Shown piece by piece: positions 29,653 to 39,067 of a DNA stretch of 64,000 nucleotides. The notes under the pieces are model-generated. The model made no database searches and had not been told where the DNA came from. It was given only the letters and a program-made list of their open reading frames with translations. The stretch is from Candidatus Latescibacterota bacterium (GTDB lineage Bacteria > Krumholzibacteriota > Krumholzibacteriia > WVZY01 > JAKEHA01). The stretch spans positions 2,208,001 through 2,272,000 of the forward strand of contig OY970173.1 in NCBI GenBank assembly GCA_963707635.1, written 5' to 3'. Both the position numbers and the translations under genes were made by a program. Each line of letters starts with the position of its first letter. The stretch's first letter is position 1.

Positions 29653-29686
29653 ATTATAGCAGTTTCGGGATCACTCTTGGGACTGG
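29653..29686 (-). promoter_or_regulatory. Promoter and degenerate operator of paralog 2
   Basis: TCCCAA-N18-TATAAT with TG extension; CCAGTC-ccaa-GAGTGA at the same position as the paralog-1 palindrome. Confidence 0.55.
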
Positions 29687-29711
29687 ATGCCGTGAACATG
29701 CCGGATTAGTT

Positions 29712-29740
29712 TTGCGAACGTCCAGCAGCCGTGCTAGATT
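29712..29740 (+). promoter_or_regulatory. Putative sigma70 promoter of the DUF3467 gene
   Basis: TTGCGA-N17-TAGATT with TG extension. Confidence 0.5.
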
Positions 29741-29801
29741 CAGTCCCTGCCTGACGACGGGTGTCTCGAGGAACAAGACCCAACCCGAAGGAGTCCCCGG
29801 T

Positions 29802-30119
29802 ATGAACGCGGAACAGCGGACCGTCAATATCGAGATCGGTGATAAAGAGTGGGAAGGGGTCTATTCGAACTTCGTCATCATCACCCACTCCACCTCGGAG
29901 TTCGTCGTCGATTTTGCGCGCATGCTCCCGGGCGCTCCGAAGGCGAAGGTTTTCTCTCGCATCCTCATGACTCCCCAGAATGCCAAGGCACTCCTCACCA
30001 CGCTCGAGCAGAATATCAAGCGCTTCGAGTCCGAGAACGGAGAGATCAAGCTCAGCCCCGGGGATCTCACCCGGGGACCGATCGGTTTCCAGCCCCAGCC
30101 GCCCTCGAAAAAGGATTAG
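29802..30119 (+). CDS. DUF3467 family protein
   Basis: EGVYSNFVIITHSTSEFVVDF..PG.PKAKV.SRILMTPQNAK..L.QNIKRFE; AAGGAG RBS before ATG 29802. Confidence 0.88.
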   Translation: MNAEQRTVNIEIGDKEWEGVYSNFVIITHSTSEFVVDFARMLPGAPKAKVFSRILMTPQNAKALLTTLEQNIKRFESENGEIKLSPGDLTRGPIGFQPQPPSKKD

Positions 30120-30158
30120 GGTCCGGCCCCTGACCGCTGGTACCGAAGCGGTTCCCGC

Positions 30159-31058
30159 TTATACCGTCGAGGCCGTCTTCCAGCGCCGGTGCGGCCAGAA
30201 GTATTCCGTCGGGTGCCGGCGCACCTGCTCCGTGAGGCGATCCGTGCAGCGCCGGGTGAGGTCCAGCACGGCGGCGTCCTCGTCGAGCGCGGGGTCCGGA
30301 TACAGCGGCGGCTCGACGATCGCCCGGTGGCGGCCCTTCTCCCGAAAGATGAACACCGGCACCACGGGGCAGCCGCGGCGAACGGCAAACAGCGCCGGTC
30401 CGCGAACCGTGGAGGCGGGACGGCCCAGGAACTCGACCATGACACCACCCTTGCGTGCATCCTGATCGAACAGGAGTGCCACGAAGCGCCCTTGTGCCAG
30501 CGATTGCATCACCTTGCGCAGCGCCGCCGTCCGGGTGATGATCTCGGCTCCCTGCCGGCGGCGCAAGTCGTTCATGACGTCGTCGATCCGCTCGTTGGTC
30601 TGCTGGCCCACCAGGAAGTCCACCGGAAAGCCGTGCGCCACCAGCCCCGCCGGCCACAACTCCCAGTGGCCGAAATGCCCGGACGCCAGGATGGCACCCG
30701 TTCCCGCCGCGCGAACGCGCTCGAGGTGCTCCAGCCCTTCATAGTCCACGCTCGCGAGCAGTCTCCGACGATCGAGGTGCCGAAACGCCGCGAACTCCAT
30801 GAACGACCGTCCGAGGTTCGCGTACGAGGCGCGTCCGATCGCGGCCGCGTCCCCGGCTGACACCCCGAGCGCGCGCGTGATGTTATCCACGCTCACCGCG
30901 CGGCGCATGCGCACGACGTCGAACGCGAAGCGCCCCACGCCCGCGCCGATCGCCGAGGCGAGCGTGAGCGGCAGCGCCCCCGCCATCCACATCGCGCCAC
31001 GAACCCCGGCGTACTCCACGAGTTGCCGGAACCGGCGGAGCCGGAGACGCACACTCAT
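30159..31058 (-). CDS. Lipid A/lysophospholipid acyltransferase (LpxL/HtrB family)
   Basis: SGHFGHWE, LLFDQD, EFLGRPA, P.EYFWPHRRWK. Confidence 0.9.
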   Translation of the reverse strand: MSVRLRLRRFRQLVEYAGVRGAMWMAGALPLTLASAIGAGVGRFAFDVVRMRRAVSVDNITRALGVSAGDAAAIGRASYANLGRSFMEFAAFRHLDRRRLLASVDYEGLEHLERVRAAGTGAILASGHFGHWELWPAGLVAHGFPVDFLVGQQTNERIDDVMNDLRRRQGAEIITRTAALRKVMQSLAQGRFVALLFDQDARKGGVMVEFLGRPASTVRGPALFAVRRGCPVVPVFIFREKGRHRAIVEPPLYPDPALDEDAAVLDLTRRCTDRLTEQVRRHPTEYFWPHRRWKTASTV

Positions 31059-32068
31059 AGGCTTCCCCTTGTTCTGCCCTGACGATCCACGCGCGTGAAG
31101 CGATCCAACGGATCGCGGGTCACATGCCCGTCAATCTCCAGCCGCGCGAGGATTCCCTGCGCCCGCTCCACGTCGATCGCCGCCGCCAGGGCGATTTCGT
31201 CGACGCTGGCGGCGTTCGCGGCGACGTCAAACACGCGCGCGGTGTCGACGTCGAACGCCGGCGCGTCGAGACGCTCCGCCCGGGCGGGCGCGGATGCCCG
31301 CGAGCCGGCGAACGCGGCCAGCGCCGCCACGTTCGCGATCACGTCGTCCGCGTCCTCCACCAGGAACGCGCCCTCGCGCAGCAGCCGATTCGGTCCGGCG
31401 CTGCGAAAATCGCCGGGAAATCCCGGGACCGCTCCCACCTCGCGCCCCTGATCGAGCGCCCAGCGTGCCGTGATCAGCGCCCCGCTGCGCACCCCCCCCT
31501 CGACCACCACCACCGCGTCGCACAACCCGCTGATGATGCGATTTCGCTTCGGAAATACGTGCGCGAGCGCCTGCATTCCGCACGCCTGCTCCGACAGGAC
31601 GCACCCGCGCTCCGCGACGCGTTGCATGAGGGCGCCGTTCTCCGGCGGGTAGACCACGTCGATGCCCGTGCCCAGCACGGCGATCGTGCCGCCGTCGACG
31701 TCGAGCGCGCCGCGGTGCGCCGCGGTATCGATGCCGCGCGCCAGCCCGCTCACCACCGTGATGCCGAGCATCGCGAGGCTTCGCGCCAGCCGCGTCGCCA
31801 ACACCGTCCCCGCCGCCGTCGGCTTGCGGGTCCCCACGATCGCCACCGCCGGCAGGTGCGCGATCGCCATGTCTCCACGCACGAACAGGAAGCCGGGTGG
31901 TGTCGGAACCGATCGCAGCCGCGCCGGATAATCGGGGCTCTCGATCGATACGATTCGCGCGGCGCAACGATCCATCGCCTGCTGCTGCCTGTCGACTTCC
32001 ACCGGGTCCGCCGTGGCCGATCCGGCCGCCACAAAACGAGTCAATGTGTCGTGCATCCCACCCATCAC
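31055..32068 (-). CDS. dprA: DNA-processing protein DprA
   Basis: YPARL, AIVGTRK, VVSGLARGIDTAAH, FPKRNRIISGL, SGALITA, GPNRLLREGA, C-terminal wHTH. GTG start after GGGAGG. Confidence 0.93.
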   Translation of the reverse strand: MMGGMHDTLTRFVAAGSATADPVEVDRQQQAMDRCAARIVSIESPDYPARLRSVPTPPGFLFVRGDMAIAHLPAVAIVGTRKPTAAGTVLATRLARSLAMLGITVVSGLARGIDTAAHRGALDVDGGTIAVLGTGIDVVYPPENGALMQRVAERGCVLSEQACGMQALAHVFPKRNRIISGLCDAVVVVEGGVRSGALITARWALDQGREVGAVPGFPGDFRSAGPNRLLREGAFLVEDADDVIANVAALAAFAGSRASAPARAERLDAPAFDVDTARVFDVAANAASVDEIALAAAIDVERAQGILARLEIDGHVTRDPLDRFTRVDRQGRTRGSL

Positions 32069-32106
32069 GCACCTCCCGTGTTCACCCGCGCCGATCGCGT
32101 TCCGGC

Positions 32107-33087
32107 TCACCCCTTGAGAAGCCGCGCGATCGCGTGCACCAGCGCCTCGATCCCCTGCCCGGACACCGCCGAAATCGGAATGGTTCTCTCGTGCAGGCGC
32201 AGGAGTTTCGCCTCCACTCCTTCCGTGCCACCGGGGAGCACGTCGCACTTGGTGAGCGCGAGAATGCTGGGGCGCTCCAGCAGCACCGGGTCGTGGTGCA
32301 TGAGCTCGCCGCGCAGCATGTGGTATGCACCCTCCGGGTCGGGGTGCGCGACGTCGATCATGAACAGCAGCACGCGGCAGCGTTCGACGTGGCGGAGGAA
32401 CTCCTTGCCCATGCCGCGCCCCCGGTGCGCGCCCTCGATCAGGCCGGGGATGTCGACCATCACGAATGACTCGTGCTCGCCGCTCCTCACGATGCCGAGC
32501 ACCGGGGTGGTGGTCGTGAACGGGTAGTCGGCGACCTTGGGGTGGGCGGCGCTGATCGTGCTGATCAGCGTGGACTTGCCCGCGTTGGGTTCCCCTACCA
32601 GCCCCACGTCCGCGATGAGCTTGAGGGTGATCTCCACTCGCCGCGCTTCGCCGTCGCCGCCGTGCGTGTACTGTCGGGGCGTCTGGTTGCTCGGGCTCTT
32701 GAAGTGTTCGTTGCCGAGGCCCGGCTTCCCGCCACGGGCGATCACCATGCGGTCGCCGTCGTGCAGCAGCTCGCCCAGACGCTCCCCCGACTCCGCGTCC
32801 CGGAGCTCGGTGCCCAGCGGAACGACGATCAACGCGTCGGCCCCGTCGGCGCCGGTCTGGAGTTTGCCTCTGCCGTGCTCGCCGCGGCCGCCGCGGTAGT
32901 GCCGCTTATAATGGAGGTCGATCAGGGTGGTGATATCTCGCGACGCCGCGATCACCACGCTCCCGCCCCGCCCGCCGTTGCCCCCGTTGGGGCCGCCGCG
33001 CGGCGCAAACTTCTCGTGTCGAAATGACACGCATCCGTCCCCGCCGTCGCCGGCACGGACTTCCACGATTACATGGTCGATGAACAC
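32107..33087 (-). CDS. obgE: GTPase ObgE
   Basis: MFID..AGDGGDG, GGPNGGNGGRGG, GEPNAGKST, YPFTT, DIPGLIEGA. Confidence 0.96.
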   Translation of the reverse strand: MFIDHVIVEVRAGDGGDGCVSFRHEKFAPRGGPNGGNGGRGGSVVIAASRDITTLIDLHYKRHYRGGRGEHGRGKLQTGADGADALIVVPLGTELRDAESGERLGELLHDGDRMVIARGGKPGLGNEHFKSPSNQTPRQYTHGGDGEARRVEITLKLIADVGLVGEPNAGKSTLISTISAAHPKVADYPFTTTTPVLGIVRSGEHESFVMVDIPGLIEGAHRGRGMGKEFLRHVERCRVLLFMIDVAHPDPEGAYHMLRGELMHHDPVLLERPSILALTKCDVLPGGTEGVEAKLLRLHERTIPISAVSGQGIEALVHAIARLLKG

Positions 33088-33201
33088 GCGCTCACCATCC
33101 CGGACACCACCGGAGGAAAAAGAAACGGGGGAGCCTCACGAAAAACAGCACGAGCGCTGGGAGGTAGGAGGTGAGAGGCTAGCAGACCGGGAGCGCCCGC
33201 G

Positions 33202-33717
33202 TCAACCGCCGCGGCGCGGCTTCCGGCGCCGGGCCCCGGCCCGGGAGTGCTTGGCGCGAAACGCCGCCAGCACCTGCGGGGGCACCAGGTGCGAGATGTC
33301 GCCGCCCAGCGCGAACACCTCGCGCACCAGCGAACTGTGCAGGTAGACGTACTGCTCGCTGGGCATGAGGAACACGGTTTCGAACCGGTCGTTCAACTTG
33401 CGGTTCATGAGGGCCATCATCAGCTCGTACTCGAAGTCGGATATGGCGCGCAGCCCGCGGATCACCACGTCGACCTTCTGGGTACGGAACTCGTCCGCGA
33501 GCAGCCCCTGGAAGCTCGTCACCGACACGTTGTCGACCGCACCGATGGACTGTCGCACCAGGCGCACGCGCTCGGCCAGGCTGAACGCGGCGCCCTTGCG
33601 CTTGGACTCCGCCACCGCGATCACGAGCTCGTCGAAGAGACGGCTCGCCCGGTGGATCAGGTCGACGTGCCCGTTGGTGATGGGGTCGAACGTCCCCGGG
33701 TAGAGAGCTCTTGCCAC
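33202..33717 (-). CDS. coaD: Phosphopantetheine adenylyltransferase
   Basis: YPGTFDPITNGH, RGLRAISDFEYE, SSLVRE. GTG start 33717. Confidence 0.96.
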   Translation of the reverse strand: MARALYPGTFDPITNGHVDLIHRASRLFDELVIAVAESKRKGAAFSLAERVRLVRQSIGAVDNVSVTSFQGLLADEFRTQKVDVVIRGLRAISDFEYELMMALMNRKLNDRFETVFLMPSEQYVYLHSSLVREVFALGGDISHLVPPQVLAAFRAKHSRAGARRRKPRRGG

Positions 33718-33730
33718 GCTGGCCTCCCTT

Positions 33731-34318
33731 TCACTCCCCGTGCGGACGGGGGACGAAGTACGAGAGCGTCGTGTCGCCGAAGCGGCGGTCGCGCTCGAGG
33801 ACCATTCCGTCCGGCGGCGCCACCTCGACGCGCGTGCGGTGCTCGACGACCACCACGTCGAGGCGGGCAAATTCGGCCGCCCGCAGGCGCCGGATCACGT
33901 CGTCCGCGCCGCCGGCGTCGTAGGGCGGGTCGGCGAACACGATGGTCGCGTCCGCGAGCGGACACGGCGCCTGGTCCAGCACCGCGCCGACCGTGGCGCG
34001 ATGGATCCGATAGCGCGCCGGCTCCACCCCGAGGCGCGCGAGGTTGGTCTGCAGGCATTCGATCGCGTCCCGCCCGCTCTCGACGAAGTGGGCAAACCGG
34101 GCACCCCGGCTCAGCGCCTCGATGCCGACCGCGCCCGCGCCCGCATACAGGTCGGCGAATACCGCACCCGCCACCCGTTCTCCCAGGGAATCAAACAACG
34201 ATTCGCGGGTGCGCTGCGCGGTGGGACGAATCGCCGGCCCTGCGGGGTACGCAAGCGCGCGTCCCCTGAACGCCCCGGCCGATACCGTCACCGTGCGCGT
34301 TTGTGTTCGCTTGCCCAC
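33731..34318 (-). CDS. rsmD: 16S rRNA m2G966 methyltransferase RsmD
   Basis: RPTAQRTRESLF, DLYAGAGAVGIEALSRGA, FADPPY; canonical rsmD-coaD pairing. Confidence 0.92.
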   Translation of the reverse strand: MGKRTQTRTVTVSAGAFRGRALAYPAGPAIRPTAQRTRESLFDSLGERVAGAVFADLYAGAGAVGIEALSRGARFAHFVESGRDAIECLQTNLARLGVEPARYRIHRATVGAVLDQAPCPLADATIVFADPPYDAGGADDVIRRLRAAEFARLDVVVVEHRTRVEVAPPDGMVLERDRRFGDTTLSYFVPRPHGE

Positions 34319-34328
34319 ACGTCCGGTG

Positions 34329-34357
34329 ATTCTAACGTCGAGATTCGCCGGGGTCCA
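34329..34357 (-). promoter_or_regulatory. Putative sigma70 promoter of rsmD-coaD (near-leaderless)
   Basis: TGGACC-N17-TAGAAT ending 11 nt before the rsmD start. Confidence 0.45.
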
Positions 34358-34447
34358 ATGCGAAACCAGAAGGGCGGGGGGCGCCGAGGCGAGGCCCCCG
34401 CCGGCGTCGTGCCGGCGGGGTGCGAGACGAAAGGACCGGCGGACAGA

Positions 34448-35374
34448 CTACTCGGAGCTGCTGCTGCGCTGGACGGCGGTGGAGACGTGGAAGCGCTGGA
34501 CGGCCTCGCCGCCGGTCGGGTCCGACACCCGCACCGCGACAGCGTAGTCGTTAGCGCCGTCGCTCGCTTCCGGGACCGTCCATTCGATGAGACCCCTGGC
34601 ATCCATGGTCATGCCGGCGGGCGCGTCGACCAACTCGTACTTGAGCGCTTTCGGATCGGGCGACGACACTGTGACCTGATAGACGAAGCGTCGACCGGGA
34701 TCGAGCGAGGTCGGCGGATTGGACGTAATGTCCGGAGCATTGCTCCCGATCTTGATGGGGTCCGATTTTAGCGGCGTCGACGAGTCGGTTCCGTCGCTGG
34801 CCGCGACCATCGCGAGCACGTTATCGCCCATCTGGAATCGCGACACATCGACGTTCGCGCCGGTTTCACCCGGCATTTCCCGGCCATTGCGGTACCACTG
34901 GTACGTGTAGCTAATGTCGTCCTGGTCGGCATCGACGGCGGAGACGTCGACGCGGATCACCGCGCTGGGCTCGGCCTGGAGGCTCGCCGACGCCGAAACC
35001 AGCCGGGGCCGGGTGTTCTGAATCCGAATCGAGGCCGTTCGCGCCGGCGCGGCGCCTTCGGCCACGACCACCTCGGCTTCGATCTCGTCGCCCTTCTTGA
35101 AGTGCTCGGGTGCGAGCGTCGTGGCGTTGACACCGCCGACTTCCGACCCGTTGACGAACCACCGGCACGACACCGGCGCCGGGTCCATCCGGTTCCGCCC
35201 CACGACCTGCACCAGCAGCGTGCTGTTGGCGTAGGCGCTGGTCGGCGTGATCACGACTTCGCCCGGCTTGGCCGCTTCCACCTGCACCGAAGCCGCGTGC
35301 TTGGACCGTCCGCTCATGGCGTAGATACCGCACGCGACCAGAACCACCGCGAGAATCCACCCGGCTCGTTTCAT
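34448..35374 (-). CDS. Exported protein with tandem Ig-like domains
   Basis: N-terminal hydrophobic segment, repeated (C/Y)xW(F/Y)xNG modules, DADQDDI.Y, N.APDITS.P, P.GMTMD.RGLIEW putative-Ig motifs. Confidence 0.8.
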   Translation of the reverse strand: MKRAGWILAVVLVACGIYAMSGRSKHAASVQVEAAKPGEVVITPTSAYANSTLLVQVVGRNRMDPAPVSCRWFVNGSEVGGVNATTLAPEHFKKGDEIEAEVVVAEGAAPARTASIRIQNTRPRLVSASASLQAEPSAVIRVDVSAVDADQDDISYTYQWYRNGREMPGETGANVDVSRFQMGDNVLAMVAASDGTDSSTPLKSDPIKIGSNAPDITSNPPTSLDPGRRFVYQVTVSSPDPKALKYELVDAPAGMTMDARGLIEWTVPEASDGANDYAVAVRVSDPTGGEAVQRFHVSTAVQRSSSSE

Positions 35375-35399
35375 TTCGCTCCTCCCGATAAATCAATGC

Positions 35400-35427
35400 G
35401 GACGCTCCCCCGCGCGGGGGAGCGTCC
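35400..35427. repeat. Perfect 28-bp palindrome (intergenic hairpin)
   Basis: GGACGCTCCCCCGC|GCGGGGGAGCGTCC. Confidence 0.8.
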
Positions 35428-35465
35428 ACCGTGTGAGAACTCTCGGCAGCCGCCGAACCGCGGCG

Positions 35466-35867
35466 CTAGCGCGCCCGGCTCGGATCCGCCTCGACGTCGG
35501 GCAGCGTCGTCTCGGAATAGTCCTGAGACGACTCGGTCTCGGACACTATCACCGAGGTCGCGAACATCTTGCCCCTGCGCACGACGCCGCTCGCGTACAC
35601 GCCCGCCGACGTCACCACCGCTCCCTCGTCGAGGAAGCCGGTGCCGACCTGGTAGGGGCGTACGCCGTCGGCGATTTCGACCGACTCGGTGCCGAGCAAC
35701 ACGCTGCCGCTGAGCGCCCCGGAGTAGACCCCGGAGACGCTGAACTTGGTTGCCCGCACGGACCGTCCCCGTTCGGAGGGGATGCCCTTCGACGCGTGCG
35801 ACGGCCCGAACACGAGTCCCGCGGCGAGCGCGGCGAGGACGGCGATGCTAGTCTTTCTGTTTTTCAT
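35466..35867 (-). CDS. Hypothetical exported protein
   Basis: Signal peptide, short beta-rich domain, GAGGTG RBS, 18 bp after the pilY1 stop. Confidence 0.7.
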   Translation of the reverse strand: MKNRKTSIAVLAALAAGLVFGPSHASKGIPSERGRSVRATKFSVSGVYSGALSGSVLLGTESVEIADGVRPYQVGTGFLDEGAVVTSAGVYASGVVRRGKMFATSVIVSETESSQDYSETTLPDVEADPSRAR

Positions 35868-35884
35868 GCTGTTTCACCTCGGGT

Positions 35885-38579
35885 CTAGTACTGCTGCCGG
35901 TACGAACGCACGATGAGCGGCTTGATCTCACCCAGCGCGTCGCTGATGTGAATGCGCGTGTCGGCGCCCTGAACCAACACCTTTTCGTTGGCGATGTCGA
36001 TGACCGGGCGGGCGGCCGGGCCGTCCCCGATCTCCGTCGAGCGGGTGCCGACGGTATCGTTGGAATCGTCGTCGTCCCCGTCGTGCACCGCGCCGTTGCG
36101 GAACTTGACCGCGTACAGCCACGAGGTTCCACCGGCCTTGCACGGCTCGTCGTTGGGGGCGAACGAGATGAAGTACACGATCCCCGCCACCAGCGCGACC
36201 GGCTCGGTCACGCGCTCGCCGTCGAAGACGTTGAGATCGAAGTACCACCCGCGCGCGCCCGCCACATTGTTGACGGCGTCCGTCTGGTCGACCAGGTCGC
36301 CCTGGTCGAGCGTCTGGCCGCTGTGGTTGTCGATCACGCAGTAGAAGTTCTGGTCGCTGGTGTCACTCATGTCAGCCGGGTCGAGATACTTGCCCGTTCC
36401 GAAGTAGATGAACACCGAGTTGTCGTAGTCCACCGTGACCACCGGTTGGGCCGAGATGGGCTGCCCCGGTGTCTGGAAGAGCAGGCTCGTGCTCGGATTG
36501 TTTCCGGTCAGATCCACCCGCCACAGGTGACCCACCATGTCGGCCACGTACAGGAGGTCGTCGTAGCCGTCGAACTCGAGATCCACCGCCGTGCACGAGG
36601 TGGCCATGTTGGTGGTGTTGATGTCGCTCAGCGTGGTGGACCACACCGACGACCCGTCCGCCATGTCGAACCCGATCAGGTTGGCCTGTCCGCTGGCGTC
36701 GTAGCCCGAGCCGACGAAGGCCAGAAACCGGCCGTCGGACTTCATGCGCACGACCTCCGGAAGCGACCAGGACTCGATGACCTGGGAGAGGTTGTTCTCC
36801 CAGAGGAACTCCGGATTGAGCGGGTCGGTGACGTCGAGGGCAAAGTAGGCCGCGCCACCCTGCCGTTCCCCACCCAGCAGTACCGTCTTCCACTCTCCAC
36901 CCAGGTAGCAGTCGAACGCCTTGGGCGAGAGGTTGACGCTGTACTCGTGACAGTAACCCGGGTCGGCCAGCTCATCGAGATGATCGAGCTGATCGTGCGG
37001 GATGTACGCCCACAGTTCCTCGCCGGTCTCCGACGAGAAGCAGTGCACCATCCCGTCGTTGGCGCCCACGTAGAGGACGGGTTCTCGGTCCTCGAGCGCG
37101 TCGCGGAACGCCACGTAACTGTTCTGCATATAGAAAGACGACGGAGCGCCCACCGGCACCGGCGACGAATCGATGATGTCGCCGAGCAGCCAGCCCTCGC
37201 GATCGCGATACCCCGCCACCGTCTCGCCGCGCGTCCAGTTGATGACGTTGGTGGCGATGGCATCGCTGGCCACACCCATGGAGGGCCGAAGCGTGCTGGC
37301 GTACGTCGTCGTGAAGTCGACCTTCTGGCCATTCACCGAGGTGAAGATCGTGCGCGTGGACGGGGTCCGGTCGGCAAGGAGCTGCCCCGCCTCCCAGGCC
37401 GGCGCCTCGCCGTCCTGGTACGGAAGCTGGAATGCCTCGAGATAACCCTTCCAATCGCTCGGGGTGAACTTGCTGCGGTAGAGCTGGTCTTCCGCCTCGC
37501 CCTCGGTGGACACGACCGCCACCGCCGAGCCCGCGGAAATGCGGCTGACGATATCGCGGAGCACGCGGTCCAGGCTCTCGGCTATTTCGGCCGCGTTGTT
37601 GGCGCTGAAGTACGCGCCGTCGCCGGCGGCCGCGGTCTGGGCCAGCACGGGAGCGTCGATGTTCATGCCCACGCAGTACGTCACCACGTACTGGTCGCCG
37701 TCCATAACGTTGTCGGCGATCAGGTCGTTATCGTGCATGTAGCGCGCGACGTCGACCATGTAATCCGAACAATTATCCGAGTTCGGATTGGGCGCGCCGA
37801 GCTGCGAGCAGGAGGCGGGAACACCGTCGGTAAGATACGACGAGACATTGATGTCCTGCGTCGGGAAACCGTCGGTGGCCACGACCACGAAGTTCTTCTG
37901 ACACTCGTACTGGATGACGCCGGGCGTCTTGTAGTAGTCGAGGATGTCCTCCATGCTCTCGCCCAGCGGAGTCCACGATTCCGCGTGGATGTTGTTGACC
38001 GCGTTCGTGATGGTCGCGATGCTGGTTCCCAGCGCCGCGAGCCGCGTGCCGCCGTTGTCCCCGTTGAACTTGTACAGCCCGAAGCGGATCTTGGGGCTGG
38101 CGTTCGCCAGGATATGCATTGACGGCCGCCTTCGCCACCTGGATACGGGTGAACCGCGGCACGGCGGCGCGCTGCGCCGTCGTGGCGTTGTAAAAGATCC
38201 AGTTCAGGTAGTTGCCGCTGTAGACCCCGTCCTCGCCCGCGTCGCTGTCGACCAGGTACACGGTCGGCGTGGTCTTGAGGCTGCTCTTGAAGCTGCGCGG
38301 GCTGTACGTCCCGTCGTTGGCCACGGTGTAGTCCGTGGTCCTGGTCAAGTTGCCACTGTAGTTGACCTTCGGGTTGTATGCGTCGTGGTACATCCCCTCG
38401 TTCATGCTGCCCGAGCTGTCGAGCAGAATGATGACGTTGGCGTCCACGGCACCCTGCTGGATGAACAGCGGATACTCGCACTCACCCGCGCGGGCGGGAG
38501 CCAGGCCACAGGCCGCAGCCATGATCCCCACCAGCGCGGAAATGACAAATCCCAGTCCGAACACATTGTGTTTACGCAT
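35885..38579 (-). CDS. pilY1: PilY1/PilC pilus tip adhesin with vWA domain, split by a one-base frameshift near 38115-38121
   Basis: Upstream ORF: signal peptide and MIDAS start IILLDSSGSM. Downstream ORF: RFGL..F, TPLGES, ATDG, then PilC beta-propeller LGDIIDSSP, VGANDGMVH, GEELWAYIP, FALDVTDP, YFGTG, GWYFDL. Confidence 0.9.
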
Positions 38580-38581
38580 GT

Positions 38582-39043
38582 CTAATACCCCTGCTTGAAG
38601 AGTCTGCTCGCTTGGACTTCCAGCATTGCCGAGCTTTCCTTGGCACTCGCCCCTTCGGAGTCGATGGTATAGTCGAAGTCGCGAAACTCCTTGCTATAGC
38701 CGGGGCGAAACCGCACGCGATCGAACGCGATGTCGTACTTGTATTTGTTTTCCTCATAATTTCCAGAGCTATAGAGATCCGAATAGTCGGCCAGCGATTT
38801 CACGTTGTTGTCGGCGTCGATGGTCGCCGGCGCCTTGGCCAGGAGGCGAAGCCAGTTGATGGCCTCTTCCGTTCCTGCGTCCGACGCGTTGAACGAGCGC
38901 GTGTGCGTATACTCGTTGTGCGCGATGCGCTTCTCCGAGGTGGCCACCATCGCGATGACGGCGGCGGCCACGGTGAGCCCGGTGATGAAGAACAGCGCGG
39001 TCACCAGCGCGCTACCCCTGTCGTTTCGAGTCATGAGCGACAT
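38582..39043 (-). CDS. pilX: PilX-like minor pilin
   Basis: Class III signal RG|SALVTAL without E5, SFNASDAG.EEA; directly upstream of pilY1. Confidence 0.78.
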   Translation of the reverse strand: MSLMTRNDRGSALVTALFFITGLTVAAAVIAMVATSEKRIAHNEYTHTRSFNASDAGTEEAINWLRLLAKAPATIDADNNVKSLADYSDLYSSGNYEENKYKYDIAFDRVRFRPGYSKEFRDFDYTIDSEGASAKESSAMLEVQASRLFKQGY

Positions 39044-39067
39044 AAACCTACTCCTTGGCGCTTCTGT

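Larger units (their letters stand above)
28030..29690. repeat. Diverged tandem duplication, two units of about 850 bp (promoter-RBS-gene-hairpin)
   Basis: Genes offset by 854 bp; upstream promoter motifs and downstream hairpins are also homologous. Confidence 0.85.

Noticed and set aside
29688..29703. Sixth sigma54 promoter (CGGCAT-GTTCA-CGGCA)
   Set aside because: Poor -12 element, not conserved in the paralogous unit, and a better sigma70-type promoter is present.
2115..38130. Programmed frameshifting, or a shared methylation motif (CGGCCG next to both frameshifts)
   Set aside because: No slippery sequence at either site; CGGCCG is very common in this GC-rich DNA, so two cases are uninformative.
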